From IMG/VR virus record IMGVR_UViG_3300035228_001973, positions 55,042 to 119,041 of that record: a stretch of DNA of 64,000 nucleotides; one strand, written 5' to 3'. This DNA is from a virus. Lineage: Duplodnaviria; Caudoviricetes. Position 1 is the stretch's first letter. Each line of letters begins with the position of its first letter. The notes beneath the pieces are model-generated. The model had not been told where the DNA came from and did not search any database. It was given only the letters and a program-made list of their open reading frames with translations. Below are positions 1 through 8,827 of this stretch, in pieces. Position numbers and translations under genes: made by a program.

Positions 1-488
1 TCATTCTTTAATTTATCCCTAAAAGTAAGGTACTTTGATTTGTATTTACCTTTTAAGTCAATATAACTTGAAGTTTCAGGTTTACTTCCACTAAAAACTT
101 GAGTAAGTATATAAGCATATTTAGCTGCTAATTCATAGTTTGGTTTAGTACTCACGGTATACGTATCCACAAATATTTCCTTTTGTATTTTATTAAATAA
201 CTCTCTATACTCAGGTGGTGTTGGAAAAACATCTCTTTGTTGACAAGGTATATTTTCAACCGCCTTAAGTAATTCTGTTGGGTTTTGGATACATAAAAAC
301 AAATTGTAGTTGAGTGGATTAAAGTCATTGTAAACAACTTTCTTTAAATTTGGATACAAATCTAAGTCCATGTTATAAAAACACCAAAACATCCCACCGA
401 ATGTTTCAACATAAACTTCCATATCTTTTGGATAGTACTCTACTATCCATTTACCTATTCTACTTTTACCTCCTATATATGATAACAT
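1..488 (-). CDS. D12-class N6-adenine DNA methyltransferase (Dam family), 3' end outside the window
   Basis: Not in the ORF track; translated by hand from ATG at 488: MLSYIGGKSRIGKWIVEYYPKDMEVYVETFGGMFW...VVYNDFN. This matches the Dam N-terminal GGK motif, motif I (E.FGG) and the ND motif. The frame stays open to the window edge. Confidence 0.85.
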   Translation of the reverse strand, partial: MLSYIGGKSRIGKWIVEYYPKDMEVYVETFGGMFWCFYNMDLDLYPNLKKVVYNDFNPLNYNLFLCIQNPTELLKAVENIPCQQRDVFPTPPEYRELFNKIQKEIFVDTYTVSTKPNYELAAKYAYILTQVFSGSKPETSSYIDLKGKYKSKYLTFRDKLKN

Positions 489-502
489 AATTTTCTTTTT
501 TA

Positions 503-533
503 CAAATATAGGAAAAAATAAGTAAAAGGCAAA
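503..533 (-). promoter_or_regulatory. Bacteroidota housekeeping-sigma promoter (-33 TTTG / -7 TAnnTTTG)
   Basis: Minus strand reads TTTG-N19-TATATTTG, 14 nt upstream of the methylase ATG. Confidence 0.75.
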
Positions 534-541
534 TGTAAATC

Positions 542-570
542 AAAAAAAAACCCCACATAAGTGAGGTTTT
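542..570 (-). terminator. Rho-independent terminator
   Basis: Minus strand CCTCAC-TTAT-GTGGGG followed by a T9 run, just after the stop of 575..850. Confidence 0.7.
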
Positions 571-574
571 AAAT

Positions 575-850
575 TTATTTCTTAAAGAATTTAACTAGTT
601 TATCATCTAGTCGTTGTAATTGGGTTTTTAATCGTTGTAATCGGGTTTTCAGTTTGAGTACTTTAGTTTTAAATAAATTCCAATTTACTGTAGCAAAGAC
701 TCCAAAAGCGAATCCTGCGTAAATTTTAAAACCGAACACCCACAATACTAATCCCGTGAGTAATCCAACAACACCTTCAATACCGTTTAACATTATCCAT
801 GTTTTAATAATGTTGTAAATCTTTTTAATAAAATCTAAAATCTTTTTCAT
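575..850 (-). CDS. Small membrane protein (two hydrophobic helices, basic C-terminus; holin-like size)
   Basis: 91 aa with a hydrophobic core GVVGLLTGLVLWVFGFKIYAGFAFGVFATV; TATTTATA motif upstream and a terminator downstream. Confidence 0.6.
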   Translation of the reverse strand: MKKILDFIKKIYNIIKTWIMLNGIEGVVGLLTGLVLWVFGFKIYAGFAFGVFATVNWNLFKTKVLKLKTRLQRLKTQLQRLDDKLVKFFKK

Positions 851-863
851 AATATTTTTTTAT

Positions 864-871
864 TATAAATA
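864..871 (-). promoter_or_regulatory. Putative phage late-promoter motif TATTTATA
   Basis: The same 8-mer precedes starts at 5564, 10017, 30569, 40644, 52436 and 55427 (minus) and 11448 and 45344 (plus). Confidence 0.55.
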
Positions 872-953
872 TAACATTATTACGTATTCTTATTTATTTT
901 ACAATTTACTATCGCACATTTTTATCTTAAACTACGTATATAAAATTATTATT

Positions 954-1130
954 ATGTCAAAAGAATACAATGTTAACTCAATAGAAATAAATGAAAAAAA
1001 AGATTGTAAAGCGTGCTCAAAAGGATTAAATATTGGTCAAAAGTTTATAATATTATTTTCTTTTTATATGTTAGGGACAAGTATATATGGAACTGTTAAG
1101 TTAATACAACTTTTAATTAATTTATTTTAG
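954..1130 (+). CDS. Small CxxC membrane protein (58 aa)
   Basis: Hand-translated: [58 protein letters not shown]. It fills an intergenic gap and is below the ORF-track cutoff. Confidence 0.55.
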   Translation: MSKEYNVNSIEINEKKDCKACSKGLNIGQKFIILFSFYMLGTSIYGTVKLIQLLINLF

Positions 1131-2072
1131 TAAATCCTTTAATTTTACCTTATCCTCATCACTAATAGACTTGTTAGTTACACCCACTTTTATATAGAAA
1201 TCTCCAATTCCACTTTGAGTGACAAATCCTTTAGATTTTACTCTTAGTGGTTTTTCTGTACTTAAATTTTTAGGTAAATTTATATCTAAATCCCCATCAG
1301 GATGAGACACTCTAAACGTTTTATTTATTATCATTTCTATAGGGGTTATATTTAAATTAAAAACTAAATCTTTACCCACCTTCTCGTATTTACTTTTAAT
1401 CATATTAATTTGAACTAATAAGTCACCTTGAATGTTATTTAGATAATCACCTTTACCTGCGGCTCTTAAGAAATCACCACTATCAACTCCTTTAGGTATT
1501 GATACCTTTAAATTTTTAAATTTATCAATAGACCCCGAACCATTACAATTTAAACAAGGGTCAACAACCATTTGTCCACTTCCTCTACAAGTATGACACG
1601 GAGTATCCACTGTCTGTGTGAAAAAACCTGTACCCATTTTTTGTCTAATAAAACCTCTACCGGCACAAGTTGTGCATGTATTTTTTTTACCACCAGTACC
1701 AACACATAATTCACATGAAATCTTAGATTTATAAGTTATCTCCTTTTCAATACCGACAAACGATTCTTCAGGTGTTAAAGTTACTCTTATTACTTTATCT
1801 TTAATTTTAGGTTTAGTTGACCTTCTTTGTTGATTAAACATATCAAAAGGATTACCACCGAATTGACCACCGAAAGGATTAGGATTATCGTATTGCTTTC
1901 GTTTTTTTTCATCACTTAAAGTTTCATAGGATTCGACTATATCTTTAAATTTTTCTTCTCCCTGAGGGTTTACATCTGGGTGATATTGTTTACTTAATTT
2001 CCTATACGCTTTTTTAATCTCACTTTGAGATGCGTTTTTATTAATATTTAAAATTTGATAATAGTCCTTCAT
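1122..2072 (-). CDS. dnaJ: DnaJ/Hsp40 co-chaperone
   Basis: J-domain with HPD, short G/F region, four CxxCxGxG zinc-finger repeats and a DnaJ C-terminal domain. Confidence 0.95.
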   Translation of the reverse strand: MKDYYQILNINKNASQSEIKKAYRKLSKQYHPDVNPQGEEKFKDIVESYETLSDEKKRKQYDNPNPFGGQFGGNPFDMFNQQRRSTKPKIKDKVIRVTLTPEESFVGIEKEITYKSKISCELCVGTGGKKNTCTTCAGRGFIRQKMGTGFFTQTVDTPCHTCRGSGQMVVDPCLNCNGSGSIDKFKNLKVSIPKGVDSGDFLRAAGKGDYLNNIQGDLLVQINMIKSKYEKVGKDLVFNLNITPIEMIINKTFRVSHPDGDLDINLPKNLSTEKPLRVKSKGFVTQSGIGDFYIKVGVTNKSISDEDKVKLKDLLK

Positions 2073-2715
2073 GCAAAATTATATAATTGTATTGTTTAAG
2101 AATAAGAAAAAGAAAAAGATAATCAAAGGTTATCAGTCAGAGAAACGCGCAATTAGTAAATTTAAATCATTAATTAAAGAAAACAATATCGACTTTGGAG
2201 TAACTTATGAAAATGCGGAGTACGTAACCTATGAATTAGGATTGCTAACCAATCAAGATTCATATCAAGTACCGTTATTTAAAGAAGATGAATTTGGTAG
2301 AAACACTGAATTATTTATGGATTCAGATACCGATTATATGATAAAACGTATGGTTCCTTATTCTATTGAAGAAAAAATTCACGATTGGTCCACTAATAAT
2401 CGTATCACATTTAATGAAATAGTTAAAAAATACTGTATAAAAAAAGAAATGAAGAGTATCTCTACTCTTCATAATAAATTAATTATACAAATTAACGATA
2501 AGTTTTTTGTATTTAGTTTAAAGAATATAGACGATTCACATCGTTTACTTAGTACCTTAGAAAATTATTTTAGAAATAATGGGAGAAATGATGCTATATT
2601 TGTAAGAGATACATCAACCACTCAGAGAAAGTGGATGTACAATCTTTTAGTAAAAAATGGTTTTGATAAGAAAAAACTATATCGTCAGACCACTACTTTT
2701 TCAAAACGAACGTAA
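2071..2715 (+). CDS. Hypothetical protein
   Basis: 214 aa ORF, only long frame in this interval; its start shares the CATG palindrome with the dnaJ start. Confidence 0.7.
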   Translation: MQNYIIVLFKNKKKKKIIKGYQSEKRAISKFKSLIKENNIDFGVTYENAEYVTYELGLLTNQDSYQVPLFKEDEFGRNTELFMDSDTDYMIKRMVPYSIEEKIHDWSTNNRITFNEIVKKYCIKKEMKSISTLHNKLIIQINDKFFVFSLKNIDDSHRLLSTLENYFRNNGRNDAIFVRDTSTTQRKWMYNLLVKNGFDKKKLYRQTTTFSKRT

Positions 2716-2920
2716 AGTTAATACCTGAAATTTCAATATTAAATTTATCATTACTATGATAAACCGCTGCAAAGTTTTTTATTATTTCATTATATTCAAA
2801 TGGCTCCAACTCAATAATAATTTTTACATCACCCTTAGAAAGTATAGAAGATTCAATATCATTAGATATCTTAGCTAAAAGACTTAACTCATCCCTAAAA
2901 TTACTTTTATCCTCTCCCAT
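2693..2920 (-). CDS. Hypothetical protein
   Basis: 75 aa ORF in a chain of overlapping minus-strand genes. Confidence 0.55.
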   Translation of the reverse strand: MGEDKSNFRDELSLLAKISNDIESSILSKGDVKIIIELEPFEYNEIIKNFAAVYHSNDKFNIEISGINFTFVLKK

Positions 2921-3093
2921 AACGTATATTTCTTTTCAATGAAGATAGTGTTTGACACCATTTCTTTATCGAACCCCTGAATGTCTTTAATAAGTGTGTT
3001 TTTAGATGATTCAATTTGCCTTATCGACTTCTTTTTCTCTAACTTCAGTAGAGTCAACTCTTTCTCTATTTCCTGATTTGTTATCTTCTCCAT
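2884..3093 (-). CDS. Hypothetical protein
   Basis: 69 aa ORF overlapping its neighbours in operon fashion. Confidence 0.55.
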   Translation of the reverse strand: MEKITNQEIEKELTLLKLEKKKSIRQIESSKNTLIKDIQGFDKEMVSNTIFIEKKYTLWERIKVILGMS

Positions 3094-3493
3094 CTATGAT
3101 TTCTTTTGAATTTATAATACTTGTTATCTCATCCACATCAAATTTAAGGTTCTGTAAGTCCTCTAAGTTTTCTTTTTCAAAAATGCCCTTTAACTCCTGA
3201 ACTTTGTTTCTAAATAATTTGTCTTTAGCCTCTCTCTCTAAGTTAGATTTAATTATATTATCAATCAAATCTTCAAGTTGATTAACTGAAATCTCATTTA
3301 TTGGACAAACAAATGAGAGAGATATCTTGTCTCCATCTATACCATTTTTAACAACTTCAACACCCTTACCCATATTACGTGGTAATACCCATTTATTTGA
3401 AAATAATAAATCGTAACTAACATGAGTATCTAATACTCTAACCATCTTTAGATTTTTTTGTATTTTATTTAAAAAATTATAGTACGTATTCAT
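3011..3493 (-). CDS. Hypothetical protein with C-terminal coiled coil
   Basis: Track ORF 3011..3532; the more likely start is ATG at 3493, which overlaps the upstream stop (ATGA). Confidence 0.65.
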   Translation of the reverse strand: MNTYYNFLNKIQKNLKMVRVLDTHVSYDLLFSNKWVLPRNMGKGVEVVKNGIDGDKISLSFVCPINEISVNQLEDLIDNIIKSNLEREAKDKLFRNKVQELKGIFEKENLEDLQNLKFDVDEITSIINSKEIIDGEDNKSGNRERVDSTEVREKEVDKAN

Positions 3494-3687
3494 ATTGTTG
3501 TAATTATTAATGTTATTAAATAGGATAAACATAGACCGTAGTAAATTAAGGACCCTACACCAATCTCGAACTTTTTAGGTGGAGTTGATAATAGGGCCTT
3601 TATGAAATTTACTGCCAATCTTACGATTGATAATGATGTGAATATCGCAATAAAAGTTGCTATATATGTCATTATTGTTTCTATCAC
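3490..3687 (-). CDS. Small two-TM membrane protein
   Basis: 65 aa with two hydrophobic segments. Confidence 0.55.
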   Translation of the reverse strand: MIETIMTYIATFIAIFTSLSIVRLAVNFIKALLSTPPKKFEIGVGSLIYYGLCLSYLITLIITTI

Positions 3688-3689
3688 TA

Positions 3690-3863
3690 TTACTTGTTTT
3701 TTTCTTCCAAAATTTCTTTTCTTAAATCTTGTAGTAAAGTTTTTAGTGTTTGAGCTCCTTTTCGTGCTCTTACACCAGCCGACTTATTACCTTCGAAGAA
3801 CTTAGTTGTGTCTACGGAAAGTGTTTCGGTTAATTCTTTGATTGTTTCTAATGTTTTTGTCAT
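3690..3863 (-). CDS. Histone H1-like (Hc1 family) small DNA-binding protein
   Basis: Not in the ORF track; hand-translated: MTKTLETIKELTETLSVDTTKFFEGNKSAGVRARKGAQTLKTLLQDLRKEILEEKNK. GNKxAGxRARK is the signature of Hc1-type proteins common in Bacteroidota. Confidence 0.8.
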   Translation of the reverse strand: MTKTLETIKELTETLSVDTTKFFEGNKSAGVRARKGAQTLKTLLQDLRKEILEEKNK

Positions 3864-3942
3864 TTTTAATAATCTTATTATAGTTTATGTTTTTAAAAAA
3901 CTTAATTTTATATTGCCCATTGTAAATAGAAATGGGAAAAAT

Positions 3943-4428
3943 TTATATTTGGACCGAACGTTCTAGTGATTTATAAAGGTCTGTAAACATCTCAAGGTCA
4001 GGTTTGGTAATCGTCCTTCTCCTATTAAATAACTCTCGTAAGAAGCTCTCTATTGAGTTTCTAACGACCCCATCTAACTGTTCATAGTATACTTCCATGT
4101 AAAATGATTCAAAAAAGTCATAATCATTACTGCTGAAGTTAAATATTATATTTTCCTTTTTGAAATCTATTATAACTTTATTAAAACACCATCTAAAGTG
4201 TTCTAACTTATCGTCATTAATTATACCAATTTTTGTTGCATTACTATCACCATGACTAAACCCTAAGTAAGTTTCACTAATTAAGTAATAAAGTGAAAAA
4301 CTAAAGTCCTCAAATAAGTCACAGTATTCAGGTATAATATTATTAGCACGATTCCATGTGTCGATATCTTCCTTATCCATTGGTGTAGATAACCATTTAA
4401 AAAATTGGTCCATTCTATATCTTTTCAT
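3943..4428 (-). CDS. Hypothetical protein
   Basis: 161 aa ORF, aromatic-rich. Confidence 0.7.
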   Translation of the reverse strand: MKRYRMDQFFKWLSTPMDKEDIDTWNRANNIIPEYCDLFEDFSFSLYYLISETYLGFSHGDSNATKIGIINDDKLEHFRWCFNKVIIDFKKENIIFNFSSNDYDFFESFYMEVYYEQLDGVVRNSIESFLRELFNRRRTITKPDLEMFTDLYKSLERSVQI

Positions 4429-4472
4429 AGTAAAAATATAGAACGGACCAAAAAAATATAAAGTTTTGTTTG

Positions 4473-5549
4473 TTATTGAGTTTTGTAATTGTGTGAAAAT
4501 AGTTTTTTCATCTTATCGATATCTTCATTTACTCTCTCTTTTTTCTTATCTGTTTTAACAGACTCTGAAACCTCGATACCTGCCATACTATCAGTTGTTT
4601 TTTTCTTACCTGAATAATCTGTCACTGGTTGAGGTGCTTTGTTATATGATTGTTTCTTAAGTTTAGCTAAAATGTTTTTATCCATTCTATCTTTTACCTT
4701 TTCTCCTGTATCTGTCTTAACAGCATTTGCCCATTCGGGATTATTACCAGTTTCTGACGAACCAAGAATGTTCATATCTAACCACTCTTCATCAGGTTTG
4801 ATTTGGTCGTAATCTAAATTTTCCATACCACCTGAACGTGCAATTTGGTCAATATACTCTTCAACACCATCAGATGCGGTGTACATCATCTTATCATCTT
4901 TTCTATCTCCGTTACCTGTTGGAAATTTTTCAGGGTCAGCTACGTATTCCCCTTCATCAGCATTTTTAAGATAATCTTTCATTTTTTTAGTAACTGATTT
5001 AATATAATCTTCATTATCCTTCTTAGATGTTTTCATTGCCTTTTTTTGACCTGTAATCCCTGAGATTTTTTGTTCTTTAACTATTCGTTGGATTAATTCA
5101 ATCATCTCATCTTCAGTTAATTTTAAACTTTGTTTTTTAGACTCGTTCTTTTCACCTTCCACTGGATAGGTTTTCCCGTCAACAGTAAATTCTTTTTCAC
5201 CATTTTCGATTGCTTTAGCTCTCGCACCACTAAATTCGTTACCTTCTTCTACTTCGTCCTCACCCATCTCTTTACGTTGTTTATCTATATCAGAATAGAC
5301 ACCAACAACTTCAGAGTCACGTCCATCAAACTTATCTCTTAACTCAGGCATCTTACCCATACCTTCTTTTGGTTCATCTTTTTTAGTCGCCTTTCTTTCC
5401 TCTTTACGGTTTTTGGCTACTTCATAGTACTCTTCCATCTCATCAATTTCAGTTGAAACAGACTCAGTTATATCTTTTACTTTTTTGTTGACTTCCTCAC
5501 TTAGAACTCTCTCTACGAGGTTTTCAATCATATTTTCAATATCTTTCAT
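4473..5549 (-). CDS. Acidic putative prohead core / internal head protein
   Basis: E/K-rich with repeated (I/L/V)xE motifs, LTEDEMIELIQRIVKEQ and EGNEFSGARAKA...FTVDGKTYPV segments; TATTTATA upstream. Confidence 0.55.
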   Translation of the reverse strand: MKDIENMIENLVERVLSEEVNKKVKDITESVSTEIDEMEEYYEVAKNRKEERKATKKDEPKEGMGKMPELRDKFDGRDSEVVGVYSDIDKQRKEMGEDEVEEGNEFSGARAKAIENGEKEFTVDGKTYPVEGEKNESKKQSLKLTEDEMIELIQRIVKEQKISGITGQKKAMKTSKKDNEDYIKSVTKKMKDYLKNADEGEYVADPEKFPTGNGDRKDDKMMYTASDGVEEYIDQIARSGGMENLDYDQIKPDEEWLDMNILGSSETGNNPEWANAVKTDTGEKVKDRMDKNILAKLKKQSYNKAPQPVTDYSGKKKTTDSMAGIEVSESVKTDKKKERVNEDIDKMKKLFSHNYKTQ

Positions 5550-5586
5550 ATCAGTATTTTTATTATAAATATATGGTAAGTATCAA

Positions 5587-6492
5587 TTATTTATTTAACT
5601 TTTCCATTATAACTCCTTTAATAAAGGAACTATCCAAGTTATATTTTTTTGATACTTGTTTTATGGCTTCTTTAACTATATTGTTTTCAAAGAACTCTAA
5701 AGCATTTATGTCACCCTGATTACAGTAAGGAAACTTCTTACACTTATCTTTTATTTTTACGTATTTACCTCCAGGTCCACCTAACTTTGGAAAGTTCTTA
5801 TCTTTAACTGACCTAAGTTTTGAATAAACATTCTTAGGTGTATCTATTTGTAATGGGTCCTTTTTTGGTCCACCAAACGGTGCATCATATGCCCCAACAG
5901 AAGATGAGGTTGTTGCCTCTTTGGATTCAATCTTCTCTAAGTTATTATAGTAGTTTAAATCCTCGTAAATGTGGTCCATCGCAATTTCAAAAGCTACCAT
6001 CATTTCAGTAGTATGTTCTAATTCAACATTAACACCCTTCTCTAAAGCATCTATAATATTATCAACATCAACTTTGTGATGAGATGCCATATCTTCAATA
6101 CTCATACCATCAGATAAACCACCTTCTAATTTTTCTTCCTTAATTTTTCTTTTTTGAGGTTCACCAAATAAAGGTCCAACATAACCACCGGCCGAACCCG
6201 CACTAGTCGCTTCATTCGGTTCTTCTTTAGATGTCTCCATTTCATCATCTAAATCTTTAGCTATTTTAGTTAATATTTTAGTTAAAGTATCACTAGTTAA
6301 TCCTTCAGTCTTACCTATTTGAGGTGACCATCCTTCATTACCATCTTCTTGCACTTCTTTTTTAAGACTACTAACCGCACTCATAAATTCTGACGATGAA
6401 TCACTATCACCATGAGCGGTGTAATTTTTACTCATAGCCGAAGTCATTTGAGTTCCTATTGCCTTTTTAAGTTGTTGTGATACATCTTTCAT
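5587..6492 (-). CDS. Acidic protein with a DUF5661-like domain, putative head protein
   Basis: GGLSDG...GVNVELEHT...AFEIAMDHIYEDLNYY resembles DUF5661; duplicated EATSAGSAGGYVGPLFG / EATTSSSVGAYDAPFG motif. Confidence 0.6.
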   Translation of the reverse strand: MKDVSQQLKKAIGTQMTSAMSKNYTAHGDSDSSSEFMSAVSSLKKEVQEDGNEGWSPQIGKTEGLTSDTLTKILTKIAKDLDDEMETSKEEPNEATSAGSAGGYVGPLFGEPQKRKIKEEKLEGGLSDGMSIEDMASHHKVDVDNIIDALEKGVNVELEHTTEMMVAFEIAMDHIYEDLNYYNNLEKIESKEATTSSSVGAYDAPFGGPKKDPLQIDTPKNVYSKLRSVKDKNFPKLGGPGGKYVKIKDKCKKFPYCNQGDINALEFFENNIVKEAIKQVSKKYNLDSSFIKGVIMEKLNK

Positions 6493-6740
6493 TATTTAAC
6501 ATTTTTTAGTCTTGGTTCCCAAAAACTTCTTTGAGTCCACATTATTTTATAAAATTCTTTCATAACCTTAGCAACTATTTCACTAACATCTTTGGTTATT
6601 TTACCTCTACGTATCTCATCTTGTATTTTCTCGATAATTTTTTTCTCAAACTGATTAATAGTCGTTGACCCAAGGAAGTCTTTTATTTCTTTCCTTATCA
6701 TTATCTCGATGTCGTTTTTGTCTGCCTGTGTTAGTGCCAT
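6492..6740 (-). CDS. Hypothetical protein
   Basis: 82 aa helical ORF coupled to the next gene; TATTTAT upstream. Confidence 0.65.
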   Translation of the reverse strand: MALTQADKNDIEIMIRKEIKDFLGSTTINQFEKKIIEKIQDEIRRGKITKDVSEIVAKVMKEFYKIMWTQRSFWEPRLKNVK

Positions 6741-6751
6741 ATTAATAAATA

Positions 6752-7648
6752 TTAAAAAATCTTATAACCTACACTTATTCCTATGCCCCATGTAGGTTGA
6801 AACGAACCATCTATACTGTATAAACCGTATGATGGACCAATTAACATACCAAAACCCCTTCTACTTTTACGTTTTGGAGGTGACTGTATTATATTAGGTT
6901 TTATATCCATAAATTCTACACCATTAACGAATGGTATCTGTAAAATACTTGGAGGTATTGGGTTCCCATTATTATCTGTTGGTTGTACAACTACTCGTGT
7001 TAACCCATTTCCCATCTCCAATTGAGATAATGTAAGTGAAAAATTTAAGTTGTGTTTTAGTTGAGATGATTTTCCGATTCCAAATCTATCCACTAACTCT
7101 AACTTCAATGAGTCTTTAAATGGTCTTAACTTAAACCAACTCTGGGTCTCAAGTGTATATATTTGGTTGGAATCTTTTATACCTAAACCGATATTACCAA
7201 CACTATCACGTTCAATGTTTGTCATAACGTCATTAGTGACTATCTCTGAACTCACATCAGTAACGTATATATTTTTAACCTCTACGTTTTCATCGAGTTT
7301 ATCGGCTAACTCTTGAATGTTTATTTTAGCGTCATTTAATTTTCTATCTAATAACTGTAATTCACCTTCTCTAACCCTTAAAAGTGATTTAACATAAACG
7401 TTATCCTCTTCAACAAACTCTACTGAATCTTTTAAATTTTCGATATTATTAAAGAAACGGTTTTTTTCATTTTCATATTCAACTTCTTTAATTTCTATTT
7501 CATTTTTTAATCCTTTAATGTTATCACATTGTTTAAACAATAAAACAATTAATAATGCAAAAATAACCCCTAAAAAAAACTTAGGGTTCTTCTTGATAAA
7601 ATCAAAAATACTATTAAAAACGTTTATGATACCAGTTAATGCAATCAT
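6752..7648 (-). CDS. Membrane-anchored coiled-coil protein with C-terminal amphipathic beta strands (candidate spanin)
   Basis: N-terminal TM helix, coiled coil, C-terminus GFGMLIGPSYG...WGIGISVGYKIF ending in Phe; two genes downstream of the amidase. Confidence 0.5.
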   Translation of the reverse strand: MIALTGIINVFNSIFDFIKKNPKFFLGVIFALLIVLLFKQCDNIKGLKNEIEIKEVEYENEKNRFFNNIENLKDSVEFVEEDNVYVKSLLRVREGELQLLDRKLNDAKINIQELADKLDENVEVKNIYVTDVSSEIVTNDVMTNIERDSVGNIGLGIKDSNQIYTLETQSWFKLRPFKDSLKLELVDRFGIGKSSQLKHNLNFSLTLSQLEMGNGLTRVVVQPTDNNGNPIPPSILQIPFVNGVEFMDIKPNIIQSPPKRKSRRGFGMLIGPSYGLYSIDGSFQPTWGIGISVGYKIF

Positions 7649-8235
7649 ACCGCATCTATATTTTTTGTTTTCTTTCTTTGTGAAAGTACTTTAGCCCACT
7701 TAGCTTTAAATTTGTCATAGAAAGAGGTAAGTTTATTAATTAACTCCACTAAACCATCATCTAATTTAATCATATCTCCATTGATATATACTCCGTTGTC
7801 TTCACCTATTGAAAAGTAAAATTCAACATCGTAGTCTATTACTTTACCTGACCAATCCACATTATTTGGATATAAATTTAATGTGCCGAAATCAGATAAA
7901 TCAGATACTTCATTTACAAATTCGTCCATAGTTTCTTGAAAAGATATTTTCTCATCTGTTGAGAGTTCTAGTTCTTGTTTGGTATTACCGTGTAAAGTAA
8001 TTAATCCACCAGACACTCTATATGATTTACTTTTATCTTCATCAGGGGTAGTTTGTACCTCAATTTCTTGTTCAGAATCTACCTCGATATTTGTTGCACC
8101 ATCATCTTCTATTTCTTGTTCACTAATAAGGCCGTTTTTTGTTAAAACTTTTCTTGACTCTGTAAGGTCATTTTTACCTAACATATTTCTAGATACATTC
8201 AGTAAATTCTTTAATTCATCGTATTGATTACTCAT
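7645..8235 (-). CDS. Acidic hypothetical protein
   Basis: 196 aa with LTES and ISEQ motifs like the other acidic putative head proteins. Confidence 0.65.
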   Translation of the reverse strand: MSNQYDELKNLLNVSRNMLGKNDLTESRKVLTKNGLISEQEIEDDGATNIEVDSEQEIEVQTTPDEDKSKSYRVSGGLITLHGNTKQELELSTDEKISFQETMDEFVNEVSDLSDFGTLNLYPNNVDWSGKVIDYDVEFYFSIGEDNGVYINGDMIKLDDGLVELINKLTSFYDKFKAKWAKVLSQRKKTKNIDAV

Positions 8236-8827
8236 TTTCTATTTTTTTTATAAACTCTTCAAAGTTAAAAGATGGATTTAAATCGGTTCGTTCTCTATAG
8301 TAATTACTGTAAGACGCTATACCATGAAATTTCTCAATCTTATCCACTTTAACATTATGACCAATAAAGGTCGTAGGTATATTGAAGTCAGCACATAACT
8401 GATTAACTAATACAGATAAAGTTTCAATTTGTTTATCAGTGTAAGGTTGCCAAAAAAAGTAACCTCTCCACTTCCTCTCATATATCCTATCTTTATAAAT
8501 ATTACCAATCCAGTTAATGTAACCACCAACTAATGGGTTTTTACGTAACCACCCTAAATTTTCTAATGATATGACTATTGTAGATTTATTATGGGACTTC
8601 ACATCCATATAATTACTATAGGTTTCAGGTGGTATAATTTCATGTACCTCACCCTCTCTTGAAATCACATAATGAGGTAATTTATTATATTTACCACTCA
8701 TTCGATATCTAAGACCATTTAAATAATCTTTAGCGTTACGACCCGTATGTGTTAATAGTATTTGTTTCTTTTTTTTATAATTACCAATAGGTTTAAGTCC
8801 TATCAGTTTTTGAATTTTCACCGCCAT
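8228..8827 (-). CDS. N-acetylmuramoyl-L-alanine amidase fold protein (Amidase_2/PGRP-like), Zn ligands appear degenerate
   Basis: ILLTHT, HYVISREGEV, IVISLENLG, YTDKQIETL and TDLNP motifs of the Amidase_2 family. Confidence 0.75.
   Translation of the reverse strand: MAVKIQKLIGLKPIGNYKKKKQILLTHTGRNAKDYLNGLRYRMSGKYNKLPHYVISREGEVHEIIPPETYSNYMDVKSHNKSTIVISLENLGWLRKNPLVGGYINWIGNIYKDRIYERKWRGYFFWQPYTDKQIETLSVLVNQLCADFNIPTTFIGHNVKVDKIEKFHGIASYSNYYRERTDLNPSFNFEEFIKKIENE

Noticed and set aside
152-337. 61 aa minus-strand ORF from the track
   Set aside because: Out-of-frame overlap within the Dam-family methylase gene (1..488).
3602-3805. 67 aa plus-strand ORF
   Set aside because: Antisense to the Hc1-like gene and the adjacent membrane-protein gene.
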